Part shown: positions 11,580-23,476 of the stretch, piece by piece
How the letters are laid out: every line of letters starts with the position of its first letter
How positions within the stretch are numbered: position 1 is the first letter of the stretch
Made by a program: the position numbers and the translations under genes
From: Mustelus asterias
Taxonomy: Eukaryota
Reading direction: 5' to 3'
DNA: 64,000 nt
Assembly (NCBI RefSeq): GCF_964213995.1
Contig: NC_135805.1
Location: forward strand, 96,162,001 to 96,226,000
The notes under the pieces: model-generated
What the model saw: only the letters and a program-made list of their open reading frames with translations
Database searches by the model: none
Told to the model about the DNA's origin: nothing

Positions 11580-13415
11580 GCTTCAGAGGGAACAGGGATT
11601 TTGGTGTTTTTGTCCACAGATCCCTGAACGCAGGCTGCCTGACAGGTTAATAGGGTAGTTAAGAAAGCATAAAGAACATTTGTCTTTACCAGTCATGGCA
11701 TAGATTATAAGAGTGAGGAGATTATGCAGGAGCTTAAGTTAGGCCACAGCTGGAGTACTTTGTGCAGTTCTGGTCACCTCACTATAGAACCATAGAAAAT
11801 TACAGCTCAGAAACAGGCCTTTTGGCCCTTCTTGTCTGTGCCAAACCAGTTTTTGCCTAGTCCCACTGACCTGCACTTGGACCATATCCCTCCACACCCC
11901 TCTCATCCATGAACCCATCCAAGTTTTTCTTAAATATTAAAAGTGACCCGCATTTACCACTTTATCCGGCAGCTCATTCCACACTCCCACCACTCTCTGC
12001 GTGAAGAAGCCCCCCCCTAATATTCCCTTTAAACTTTTCTCCTTTCACCCTTAACCCATGCCCTCTGATTTTTTTCTCCCCTAGCCTCAGTGGAAAAAGC
12101 CTGCTTGCATTCACTCTAACTATACCCATCAAAATCTTATACACCTCTATCAAATCTCCCCTCATTCTTCTACGCTCCAGGGAATAAAGTCCCAATCTAT
12201 TCAATCTCTCTCTGTAACTCAGCTTCTCAAGTGCCGGCAACATCCTTGTGAACCTTCTCTGCACTCTTTCAACCTTATTTACATCCTTCCTGTAACTAGG
12301 TGACCAAAGCTGTACTCTAAATTCGGCCCCACCAATGCCTTATATAACCTTACCATAACACTCCAACTTTTATACTTGATATTCCGATTTAAAAGGCCAA
12401 TGTATCAAAGGCACTCTTTATGACCCTATCCACCTGTGACGTCACTTTTAGGGAATTCTGTACCTGTATTCCCAGATCCCTCTGTTCAACTGCACTCTTC
12501 AGAGTCCTACCATTTACCCTGTACGTTCTACTTTGGTTTGTCCTTCCAAAGTGCAATATCTCACACTTGTCTACGTTAAATTCCATTTGCCATTTTTCAG
12601 CCCATTTTTCTAGTTGGTCCAAATCCCTTTGCAAGCTTTGAAAACTTTCCTCACTGTCCACTACACCTCCAATCTTTGTATCATCAGTAAATTTGCTGAT
12701 CCAATTTACCACATTATCATCCAGATCATTGATATAGATGACAAACAACAATGGACCCAACACCGATCCCTGCGGCACACCACTAGTCACAGGCCTGCAC
12801 TCAGAGAAGCAATCCTCCACAACCACTCTCTGGCTTCTTCCATTGAGCTAGTGTCTAATCTAATTTACTACCTCCCCATGTATACCCAGAGACTGAACCT
12901 TCCTAACTAACCTATAGGAAGGATGTGATTGCATTGGAGGGGGTACAGAGGAGATTCACCCGGATTTTGCCTGGGATGGAGAATTTGAGTTATGAAGAGA
13001 GGCTGGATAGGCTCAGGTTGTTTTCTTTAGAGCAGAGAAGGCTGAGGGGGGACCTGATTGAGGCATATAAGATTAAGAGGGGTATGGACAGGGTGGACAG
13101 GAAGCAGCTGTTCCTCTTAGTTGACGAGTCAATAACAAGGGGGCATAATTTTAAGCTGAAGGACAGGAGGTTCAGAGAGGATTTGAGGAAAACGTTTTTC
13201 ACCCAGATGGTGGTGGGAGTTTGGAATGTCCTGCCTGGGAGGGTATTAGAGGCAGGAAACCTTACAACCTTTAAAAAGTATGTGGATCAGCACTTGAAAC
13301 ATCATAACATTCAAGGCAATGGGCCGAGTGCTGGAAAATGGGATTAGTGTAGATTTAGTTTAGTTTTGTTGGTGCAGACTCAATGGGCTGAAGGGCCTAT
13401 TTTGTACTGTACTAT
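11580..13415 (+). mobile_element. Older CR1 3' fragment split by a nested CR1
   Basis: ...FWSPHY at 11785 resumes as RKDVIALEGVQRRF at about 12915. Confidence 0.9.
11788..12911 (-). mobile_element. Nested 5'-truncated CR1
   Basis: RT motifs GVPQGSVLGP and KFTDDTK; flanked by CTATAG at 11782-11787 and 12912-12917. Confidence 0.93.
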
Positions 13416-13679
13416 GTCCTATTTAAATGTATACCCGGACATGTATGCAAGGACATTGACTTGTGACTGACGGAGTTTATTTATTTGTTCCAGGATTAAT
13501 GGGACAGTTTGAAATCTCTTTGATGGCTTTCAGTATTTCCTTAATTCCAGCAAAATGTAGCAGAATAGCAGTGTGTCAAAGGCTGAAAAATTTGGTTCTG
13601 TACTGCTGGCTGAAGTGACATTACAGAAGCCAGAGCAGCTGCAAAATGACTGGTGGACTGCTTCGAGTCACCTCCAGCA

Positions 13680-15340
13680 TGGCCTGCAGATGAAATTTAA
13701 TGCAGAGAAGCATGAAGTGATATATTTGGGTAGGAAGATTGAAGAGAGGCAATACAAAATAAAGCTTATCATTCTAAAAGGAATTCAGAAGCAGAGGCTC
13801 CTGGGGTTATGTGCATAAGTTGTTGAAGGTGTCAAAACAGGTTAAGAAGGTGGTTAATAAAGCATATGTGATCCTGGACCTTATAAATAAAAGCAGGTAC
13901 AAAAGCAAAACGATTATAAAGAGATTTTATGAAGCACTGGTTTGGCCTCAACAGGAGTATTGCATCTAATTTCGGGCACTTTAGGAAGGATGTGAAGACA
14001 TTGGAAAATGTGCAAAAAAGATTTACGACAACAATTCAATTACATAGACATATTTGAGAAACTGGTGCTGTTCTCCTTAAGGAAAAAAGAGGTTGAGAGG
14101 AGATTTGCTAGAGGAATACATTGCCTGTGAGTGTAGTGGAGGCAGGTTCAATCATGACTTTTGGATACATTTTTAAAGAGGAAGGTTTTGGAGAGCCATG
14201 GAGAAAGGACAGTGTAAGTTTTAGGGCAAATCCTCCATGATTAAAGAACCCAGGGATATGGAAAATGGCCGGCTGGCTGTCAGGCCACATGAATATGCAA
14301 GAGGCTGGGAATAATGAGAAGGTCAAGACAGGGATGATCTAATCAACAGGAAACAAAGGAGAAACCATGGCCAGCAGACGAGGAGTAAATAGCCCAGCAG
14401 CAAGACAATGAGAACAGAGATCATTCCATCCACGGACAACATCAAGACTCAGCTCGCTGATGGGATTCCAATCAGGCTGACTCAGAGAACATTTAAAAGA
14501 CATTAAAATATCAATTAAGGGCGGTCCCGACAGTTCCGGCCCTTTTGTTTCAGTCAATCAAAACTACCAATGATCAGAAACTATTTTGTGTGAGAGAATC
14601 ACTGGTTCAGGTTTTGAAAAGGGACAAGCAAGCTCTGGCTTCCCTCTCTTCTCTCTCTTCTCCTGTTCCTGCCTCTCGTTCGTCTCCAGCACGCAGCCCG
14701 AAGCCCACTGAGCAATTTAAACTAGGATTGTGAGTATCCTCTGGTAATTCGCGAAGTTCCCGAGATCATCATAGTGGATGAGGCTTTGGGGAAAGGGCTT
14801 GGGGGGGGGGGGGGGGGCTTTTGCATGCACCTTTCATAGTTTAAGACACTGGTAAACTTGTGTAAAGTAAGCATTCCCGTTGTGCCCGTTTTAGTATTCC
14901 TTCCATAGCTATAGTCTTATAGAGCATAAGGCATTGTGTGTTGTTTTCCTGGTGTTTGGTGATCTTGACCTTGATGTTTTAACAAATATATATATATCTT
15001 TGACTTCCATTGGAATCCGTTTTGATCTTTTCAATTTCTCACCAACGATCTCTGACCAAGTCACAATATTAAATAACCCTTACCATAATTCCGGAGCGCT
15101 ACTGTAGTGAAGTAGGCGCAAGGTGGCTGTTGTTCCATCGGCGAGAGAGAGAATCACGCGGGCATTGGTGGGGTTTGGGTAACGGAGAACCAAACCTGAG
15201 ATAAGCCCACGAGTGGAGTTAAAAAGGGGATCCCGCTACAGCAGGGTGTGGGATGCACTGAGTTGGCCTTGCAGACAGCCAGCATGGACACAATGGGTCA
15301 AATGGCCTTCTGCTGTGCTGTCACCATTCTGTGATTCTAT
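13680..15340 (+). mobile_element. Degenerate CR1 3' end interrupted by a solo LTR
   Basis: QMKFNAEKHEVI motif; 3' UTR continues after 15240 to TTCTGTGATTCTA. Confidence 0.8.
14213..15240 (+). mobile_element. Solo LTR of about 1.03 kb (ERV- or Gypsy-like)
   Basis: TGTA...TACA termini, 4-bp TSD ACAG/GCAG with one mismatch, precisely interrupts collinear CR1 sequence; orientation is inferred. Confidence 0.7.
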
Positions 15341-15344
15341 AATG

Positions 15345-15935
15345 ATACATAGCTGACATACTACAGTTTGCTCTCCACCATTTCTTCAAGAAGAGCATGG
15401 TGGACCTACATGGTAGGAAAGGGGACATCATCACCTTCCCTCCTAAGAGAGAAAAGTAGGGATCACAGGCCCTTGGGTTTATCGGGCTAATGGGATTCAA
15501 TGACTGTATGCACATGCCTCTACAAGGCCACATCTAAACAGGGAGATGCACCGGGTCGTTAAGGCCTTCTGTTCCAGGAGTGTGAAGTTGATGTGCTACT
15601 TTGCCCAGGATATGATGTCACTGCAGGTGGCTACCTTGGCACCAGTCATGACAACTTGATCTTGAGGCAAAATGACTTTCCACTATCTTTGAGCCATCAC
15701 AACCATCCAGGAGTTGGTTGTTTGGAGGTGTGGGATACTCACTCCACTTCTGGCTAATGATTTTCCTCTGCCACTCAACTGTGCAATGACAATGCATCAA
15801 AATGGAAGTCATACAGCCAAAAAGAAGTGTGGAGTCTTCCCATATTCACCAAAGTAATGTGTACAAGTTTACGGTGGTTTGCTGCATTCTTCCCAAACTC
15901 GCTATCATGAAGGATCAGCCCTTGCCACCATTAAC
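15345..15935 (+). pseudogene. PIF/Harbinger (HARBI1-like) DDE transposase relic
   Basis: Manual translation across stops and frameshifts: GFIGLMGFNDCMHMPLQ (cf. GFP..GAIDCTHV), GYLGTSHDNLILRQ (cf. YPGS.HD.FILR), SWLFGGVGYSLHFWLM (cf. GWLLGDKGYPL..WLM), VVCCILPKLAI. Confidence 0.8.
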
Positions 15936-15965
15936 TTGGAAAAAATTACGTCCCAGAAGCCTATC

Positions 15966-17378
15966 ATAAGAACATAAGAACATAAGAAATAGGAGCAGGA
16001 GTAGGCCATCTAGCCCCTCGAGCCTGCCCCGCCATTCAATAAGATCATGGCTGATCTGACGTGGATCAGTATCACTTACCCGCCTGATCCCCATAACCCT
16101 TAATTCCCTTACCGATCAGGAATCCATCCATCCGCGCTTTAAACATATTCAGCGAGGTAGCCTCCACCACCTCAGTGGGCAGAGAATTCCAGAGATTCAC
16201 CACCCTCTGGGAGAAGAAGTTCCTCCTCAACTCTGTCTTAAACCGACCCCCCTTTATTTTGAGGCTGTGTCCTCTAGTTTTAACTTCCTTACTAAGTGGA
16301 AAGAATCTCTCCGCCTCCACCCTATCCAGCCCCCGCATTATCTTATAAGTCTCCATAAGATCCCCCCTCATCCTTCTAAACTCCAACGAGTACAAACCCA
16401 ATCTCCTCAGCCTCTCCTCATAATCCAAACCCCTCATCTCCGGTATCAACTTGGTGAACCTTCTCTGCACTCCCTCCAATGCCAATATATCCTTCCTCAT
16501 ATAAGGGGACCAATACTGCACACAGTATCCCAGCTGCGGCCTCACCAATGCCCTGTACAGGTGCATCAAGACATCCCTGCTTTTATATTCTATCCCCCTC
16601 GCGATATAGGCCAACATCCCATTTGCCTTCTTGATCACCTGTTGTACCTGCAGACTGGGCTTTTGCGTCTCATGCACAAGGACCCCCAGGTCCCTTTGCA
16701 CGGTAGCATGTTTTAATTTGTTTCCATTGAGATAGTAATCCCATTTGTTATTATTTCCTCCAAAGTGTATAACCTCGCACTTCTCAACGTTATACTCCAT
16801 TTGCCATATCCTCGCCCACTCACTCAGCCTGTCCAAATCTCTCTGCAGATCTTCTCCGTCCTCCACACGATTCACTTTTCCACTTATCTTTGTGTCGTCT
16901 GCAAACTTCGTTACCCTACACTCCGTCCCCTCCTCCAGATCATCTATATAAATGGTAAATAGTTGCGGCCCGAGTACCGATCCCTGCGGCACGCCACTAG
17001 TTACCTTCCTCCAACCGGAAAAACACCCATTTATTCCGACTCTTTGCTTCCTGTCGGAGAGCCAGTCCCCAATCCACTTTAACACACTACCCCCAACTCC
17101 GTGTGCCCTAATCTTCTTCAGCAGCCTTTTATGGGGCACCTTATCAAACGCCTTTTGGAAATCCAAAAACACCGCATCCACCGGTTCTCCTCCATCAACC
17201 GCCCTAGTCACATCTTCATAAAAATCCAACATGTTCGTCAAGCACGACTTTCCCCTCATGAATCCATGCTGCGTCTGATTGATCGAACCATTTCTATCCA
17301 GATGCCCTGCTATCTCCTCTTTAATAATGGATTCCAGCATTTTCCCTACTACAGACGTTAAGCTGACCGGCCTATAGT
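15966..17378 (-). mobile_element. Young 5'-truncated CR1 LINE, same subfamily as 8422-9604
   Basis: Open RT frame; (CATAAGAA)n tail on the plus strand. Confidence 0.97.
16072..17340 (-). CDS. CR1 ORF2 fragment (RT domain to C-terminus)
   Basis: 422 aa open frame: QHGFMRGKSCLTN, DFQKAFDKV, FADD. Confidence 0.85.
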   Translation of the reverse strand: MLESIIKEEIAGHLDRNGSINQTQHGFMRGKSCLTNMLDFYEDVTRAVDGGEPVDAVFLDFQKAFDKVPHKRLLKKIRAHGVGGSVLKWIGDWLSDRKQRVGINGCFSGWRKVTSGVPQGSVLGPQLFTIYIDDLEEGTECRVTKFADDTKISGKVNRVEDGEDLQRDLDRLSEWARIWQMEYNVEKCEVIHFGGNNNKWDYYLNGNKLKHATVQRDLGVLVHETQKPSLQVQQVIKKANGMLAYIARGIEYKSRDVLMHLYRALVRPQLGYCVQYWSPYMRKDILALEGVQRRFTKLIPEMRGLDYEERLRRLGLYSLEFRRMRGDLMETYKIMRGLDRVEAERFFPLSKEVKTRGHSLKIKGGRFKTELRRNFFSQRVVNLWNSLPTEVVEATSLNMFKARMDGFLIGKGIKGYGDQAGK

Positions 17379-17544
17379 TTCTGCATCAAGAGAAGCCGAT
17401 GGAGCTTTGGAAAGAAATGTCACTTGAAGATGCATTCATTAAGCTTTGCCACCTATTAGAGCTGTTCAACATCTACAGATACTGTTGCCACTCCCTCAGT
17501 GCTGACTCCAGCAATTAATCTTCTTTCCCACCTTTTTTGATGAT

Positions 17545-17905
17545 TTCATGGGATCCACATGTCACTGGCAAGGCCAGCATTTGCCCTTGAACTGAATGAC
17601 TTGCTTGGTCATTCAGAGGCAATTAAGCATCAACCACATTGTTGGAAGTCTGGAGTCATATATAGACCAGACCAGGTAAGGACCACAGATTTCCTTCTCC
17701 AGAGGACATTAGTGAACCAGATGGATTTTCAAAAAATGAATGGCAGTTGTTCATGGTCACTATTACTGAGAGTAGTTTTTAATTCCAGATTTATAAATTG
17801 AACTTAAATTCCACCAACTGACATGGTGGGAGTTTAATTCAAGTCCCCAAGTAATTAGCTTGTGCCACTCGATTGCTAATTTAATAACATTATCACGACA
17901 CCACC
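17545..17905 (-). mobile_element. Second SINE family copy
   Basis: Homologous to 1450-1752. Confidence 0.75.
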
Positions 17906-19221
17906 TTTATCTCATTCCACCTGTCCAACTTGCTTTGAGGGCTTCCTGTGGCCCTGCAGTAGTATGGCTTATATCTGCCTTTCCACTTCTTAGCACTAAT
18001 ACTTTTGATGGCATATCAAAGAACCTAGGAGCTCACGCTTCCCTGCTGCTCTCCTTGGTATGCTTCTCTTTGGAGCCAATTACGACAGTTAGTAGCAGCT
18101 TTTCCATAATGAGTTTAACAGTCTGAGCCATCCAAAGTCTCCAATTTAAATTGGAATTTCAATGCGTCCTAGTGCAGAGTAAGTGGCCACCAGAAACCTG
18201 AACTTGCTGAGCAATTCCTGTGCAGTCTTTGCAAGGTGACTTCTGGGGGGTCCCCTAGCGCATCTTTTGGGCTCCCTCCAGGGTATGACCCTCCCCCTCA
18301 AGATCAGTAGTTATAAGCTGTAATTTGGAGATCCCGCCCCCCTGCCCAAGGTCATTCCCTTGCATGATTGGCTTCAGCGATTAGGCCAATCTGGAGCATG
18401 CACGTGCATGTGTTTGTCTGGAGCCTGTAGTTCACTGGTGGCATGGCAGGGCAGCTCATCTCGATGACCCAGCCCCTCTGTCAACTGAATTGGATTGTCA
18501 GCCAACATTCTGTACCAGCCTAATCTTACATACAATACAACATACTAAGTGAACAACCAATACTGGTTTTGCCTCCATGGTTTACAAAATTTTCCTTCGG
18601 ACTTTAACGTTTGCCATAATCGGTGACTGCCAGCAATCACAGCTGCTCCGTTGTCAATTACAACAGACAGTTAATTAGCCGGAAAGTGCACTATTGAGCA
18701 TAATTGGGTTGGTTTTGATTAGTGCCATGCTGAGAATAGGAAAGAAACATCCCAGAGCCACTAAAATGAGCAAACTTAAAAGTGAATATTTGCTGTTTAA
18801 AACAGATACAATAGAATTATTGGAGAGTCACAAATCAAGCCAATCACATCTAAAATCACAAGACAAGTAGAGAAAGAGAGAGAAAATGTTTTTCAATGTC
18901 AGAGTTTCTGGGATGTAACTTAAACTATCAAAAGAGAGCACAAAGTTACTTTGTCATATTCCAGTTTGAATAGAGAGGCAATAACAGTCTAACCATTCAA
19001 AACATAATTGGTTACACACAAGGCTGTAAATTAATAAGAACATTATTCTCTCCATTTTTAAATCCTTACTTCAACTGTTTGGTACTTATGTCAACCTGAA
19101 CTATAATGATAACCACAAAATGTATTTTTACATCACCTTTTGATACTGGATATGTACAAGCTAACCACATGTCCATGGATGATGTTATTATGTAAAGGAG
19201 GAAGAGGAAGAGGAGGTACAA

Positions 19222-19425
19222 GGAGGTACAGTGGTTAGCACTGCTGCCTCACAGCGCCAGGAACCTGGGTTTGATTCCGACCTTGGGTGACTGTTTTTGT
19301 GGAGCTTACACATTCTCCCCGTGTCTGTGTGGGTTTCCTCCATGTGCTCCAGTTTCCTCCCATAGTCTAAAGATGTGAAGGGTAGGTGGATAGGTCATGT
19401 TAAATTGCCCCTTTGTGTCACAAGG
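19222..19425 (+). mobile_element. HE1 SINE, 3'-truncated
   Basis: CAGTGGTTAGCACTGCTGCCTCACAGCGCCAGG head and V-domain. Confidence 0.85.
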
Positions 19426-19444
19426 TGTGTTGGTTAGAATGGGA

Positions 19445-20310
19445 GTGGTGAGTAGGGTGTTAAGAGGCTTCAAGGCAATTTTGACATGTTGAGTGAGTGG
19501 ACAAATACATGGCAGATGGAATATAATGGGAATAAGTGTGGAGTTATCCACTTTGGTAGGAGAAACTAGAATGGCAGAGTACTATTTCAATGGTGATAGA
19601 TTTGGAAATGTTGATATGCAAATTGACCTGGATGTCCTTGTACACCAGTCACTGAAAGCAAGCATGCAGGTACAGCAAGCAGTTAAGAAGGCAAATTGTA
19701 TGTCGGCCTTCATTGTAAGAGGACTTGAGTACAGGAGCAAGGATGTATTACTGTAGCTTTACAGAGCCTTGTTGAAGCCACACCTGGAGTATTGCATTCC
19801 ATAGAGGGAATGCAGCGAAGATTCATCATACGGATTCCTGGAATGATAGGATTGTCATATGAAGAGAGAATACGTTGATTGGGCCTGTATTCACTGTAGT
19901 TCAGAAGAATGAGAGGGGATCTCATTCAAACAAATTAAATTCTGACAGGGCTGGATGGATTGGATGCAAGGATTTTGTTTCCCCTAGTTTTGGATCAAGA
20001 ACTAAGGGTCACAGTCTCAGGATATTGGGTAGACCATTCAGGACTGAGATGAGGAAAACCTTCTTCACCCAGAGGATGGTGAACCTGTGGAACTCTGCCA
20101 CAGAAGGCTGCGGAAACCAAATCACTGAATGTATTTAAGAAGAAAATACATAGATTCTTAGACTCTAAAGGCATCAAGGGCTAAGGGGAGAGGGGGAGAT
20201 TATGGCATTGAAAGGGAGGATCAGACGTGTTAATATTGAATAATGGAGCAGGCTCAAAAGGTCAAATTATCTACTCCTGCTCCGATTTTCAGTGTTTCTA
20301 TGTTTCTATG
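19445..20310 (+). mobile_element. Degenerate CR1 3' fragment
   Basis: QVQQAVKKAN and FFTQRMVNLWNS motifs; TTTCTATG tail. Confidence 0.88.
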
Positions 20311-20329
20311 ACAACGCACTAGATTCCGC

Positions 20330-20730
20330 CTCCCCACCCTCTGGCTAACACCAACCACACCTCAAAGACTGACTACTGTCCCATGACCCAACTGCAACCC
20401 CAACCCTGACCAACCCCACCCTAACTACCCTCTGACTAACCACCACTGCCTCAACCAAGCATACAACCCCCATGACTACCTACCAACCCCCCCTTTATGC
20501 ATCCTACCCCTGGACCCTTCCTAATACACACTGACCTATTCTACCTGCCATTCCCACCTCATCCTCCATCCTACACCCTTTCCCCATCCTATTACTGCAA
20601 CCCATTCTATACCCCAACACCATCCTACCCCACTCCGCCCATCCTAAGCCCCCTCGAACTCCACCCTGCTCCTGATTCATCCTAGCCCTGGTCTTCCGTC
20701 CTACTCCACTCCCCCCCCCCTCCCCTATAA
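20330..20730. repeat. C-rich low-complexity tract
   Basis: Imperfect ACCC/CCTAC runs, probably MITE interior. Confidence 0.5.
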
Positions 20731-20827
20731 TAATAGCTCCCTCAGTTATTTTACTGCATAAACATTTATACATTTTCTCTCCTTTCGTAACTAGCTTTCA
20801 TAATAGGTGACCAATATTTGGCTTCCC

Positions 20828-20933
20828 TGAAACAAAAACAGAAAATGCTGGAAAATCTCAGCAGGTCTGACAGCATCTGTGGGGAGAGAATAGAGCCAAC
20901 GTTTTGAGTCTAGATAACGCTTCACCAGAGCTG
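20828..20933 (-). mobile_element. 3' end of a second Penelope-like family with a degenerate hammerhead
   Basis: Minus strand AGCT-CTGGTGA-AG..CTC-AAAA-CGTT-GGCT...CTGCTGAGATTTTCCAGCATTTTCTG; sister fragment at 52401-52468 retains GAAA. Confidence 0.65.
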
Positions 20934-22122
20934 ACTTCTCTGACATCCTTTCTGCAGTTTGATCTGAAGAATTTCTTAATGTTCTCCCTCCTCCCATCAT
21001 CTCTGCACCCACTTTCGGAGCAAGTACCAGACATATTGGATAGTCTAACCCAGTATGGTTCCAGCACAATGTTTCGAATTATTGTTTTCCACAGTCATTT
21101 ATTTGGTCTGTGAAATTATCACTAATTCCCATCGAATAAAAATTAATAACACATTACACAACATTATAAAACCTTTATGAACTAGTTATGCTTCTGTATT
21201 CATAGCTTCACTGGCCCATTACTAATTCATTATTATAGTGATTCACCATTTTATTAAACACATGCTAATTATTTGCAGCATTGGTATCACACTGTTACTT
21301 AAGCAGCTGTTTTTGCATAGTTAGCGTGTTACAGCTTTATTCAACGTTAAGAACGTTTTTATAGCGGGCAAATAAAATGAAGTGTTAACTGTTACGAGCT
21401 TACTCAAAATCGATAAAGGTTGTGGCTGCCCTGAGGTTAATACAGCCACATTTTCATTGTAGTATTTCTGCTGAAAACCTTCCCTTTATCGTTACTTGAT
21501 TTATGTTAATCTGAAATGTTTTTACAACAGCCAGTCTGCTACAGTCAAATGTTATTTCACATTTCATTGCTGAAGTGGGAACAGTAACCCTTCAATTGAC
21601 ACATGGAAGAATGGGAGACAACAAAGGAATTTATGGATGCATTATGGCAGCAGCAGCTTTATTGTAGCTGCATTGAGATTTGACATGTTTAATGAGCTCA
21701 GGAATACGAGGGAAAAATCTGTCGTGAGACCACTAAAAATATACGTTTCATTACATGCCATTTTACAGACTCACAGTAAAATCTGTTCGAAAGCTTGGTG
21801 CATGGGGAAAAGAAACAAGCATGGTAAGTTAATTATCTGAGGATATAAAAGCATCCAGTTCCCAAATGTAAAAAAACTGACACATTCTCAGTTTTTTGTG
21901 AATTCTGTGAACATAGGACTGTTCTCTTATTCAACATTTTATTAATTTAGTTTCTAATATTGCAAATCTATAGAATATTAATTTTTCAGGTTGTTGTGAC
22001 TAAAGACACGTGAAAATGGGAACTAAAATTCAATATTGTAGTACACAAGATAAGCAAAATGCACTCACTGATACTTCATCTGAGAGCAACTAATTAAAAA
22101 TTCTGCAGAACCTCAATACGAG

Positions 22123-22392
22123 TGTGGTAGCATGGCCCCTTTAAGGGGGCGTTCCCTGAGGGCCATGTGATCAGGCCGGACTGTACAGAGTGTCGAGGTG
22201 GGAAACTGAGCCAATTGAGCGCATGGGTGCATATACTGGGTGGGGGAGAATCCTCAGTCGGAGTCAGAGATGAGTGTTGTACAGTCACATGGTTTATTCT
22301 GTCTGATCCTTTTTATTGTAAATACTTATTTATCATTTGCAGTCAAGGTTTTGTTACTTTGAGCCACTTTGAGTCGCCCTTGATTTATTTCA
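22123..22392 (+). mobile_element. Short solo LTR (Gypsy-like, 270 bp)
   Basis: TG...CA termini; 5-bp TSD ACGAG/ACAAG differing by a CpG-type change; CCTTTAAGGG near the start, as in the LTR at 36561-36798. Confidence 0.6.
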
Positions 22393-22480
22393 ACAAGATA
22401 CTAATACCTCATTGTAATAAAGTATGCAATTACTTGATTACAGCATATTTTTTTATGATACTGCATTAATAGAGTCATAA

Positions 22481-23055
22481 AGCGGAATTCTACACCTTCA
22501 TTGCCTCTGTTTTGCTGCAGGAAAATGTTGTAAAATTGGGCGTAAAGCAGCCAGCGAGAATGGCGCCCGTTTCTGTGCCTCTTGCGATTTTACGACACCC
22601 GGATTTCCAGCGTGGTCAGCCTGTTGCCAGAAATGGGCAAGAGGCTGGATAATTTATTTCATTGTGTGGAAATGCTGTTTTGCATCCGCTTAGTGAGCCT
22701 GGCGCTCTATTGTCCAGGCTCGCTTGCCTCTATGGTCTCGCCGGGAGAGGATCTCTCTGGCAAGGAAAATACTGGGGGTGGCCTTTAATGGCCACTTTGT
22801 ACCTGTTTTTGGCGGGAAAGTGTTGCAAAACTGGGCATAAAGTGGCTAGCGTGAATGGCGCCAGTTTTCACGCCTGTCGCAATTTTACGACATTGGATTT
22901 CCGGCGGGATCAGCCTCTCGCTGGAAATGGGCAAGAGACTGATTAATTTAGAGACAGTGTGCATGGGATTGGGTGTGGAAACTCACCCAAAAAATGGATC
23001 TGGAGCTCTCCCATTTTCAGACAAGCAAGACCCTTAGTAAAAAATTCCATCCCTG
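22481..23055. mobile_element. Harbinger-type MITE with an internal direct repeat
   Basis: GCGGAATTCTAC...GTAAAAAATTCCATCCC ends; 22510-22660 repeated imperfectly at 22805-22950. Confidence 0.55.
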
Positions 23056-23476
23056 CTCCCCATGAATGGGGGACAGTCGTGTTGGCCTTACTGGTGGAAC
23101 CACTCACAAAACCATGCTAACTGTCCCTAATCAGTCCTTACCTCTCTAAATTGATTTAATTGTTTATTTATTTAATTAGTCAGCTAGTGTGTGTTTTTTT
23201 TTTGGCCTTTACTTTTGCAGTAGCATTTTAAGTTTAAAGTGAAAACTGGAAGTGGGCTGCTAAGGAGTCTGGGAAGGGTTTTTTAAGCACGCGAAGTATA
23301 AAAGGTAGGCTGCAGTATACAGCGGGCAGCGTCGGGAGCGGGCAGTGGAGTGCGTGGGAAGCAGAGTGTGAGTTATCAGGCTTTGGCTCACAGGGCTTAG
23401 GCAGAAAAGGCGAGCAGGGGTGAGATTAATTCATTTTTGCTGTTTGTACCTGGTACTGGCAAGGTATCCAGAGGGG

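Noticed and set aside
15345-15935. Domesticated host gene HARBI1
   Set aside because: Multiple stops and frameshifts and altered catalytic motifs; a transposon relic
18319-18590. Possible solo LTR starting TGTAATTTGG
   Set aside because: LTR-like composition, but no 3' CA boundary or TSD could be fixed
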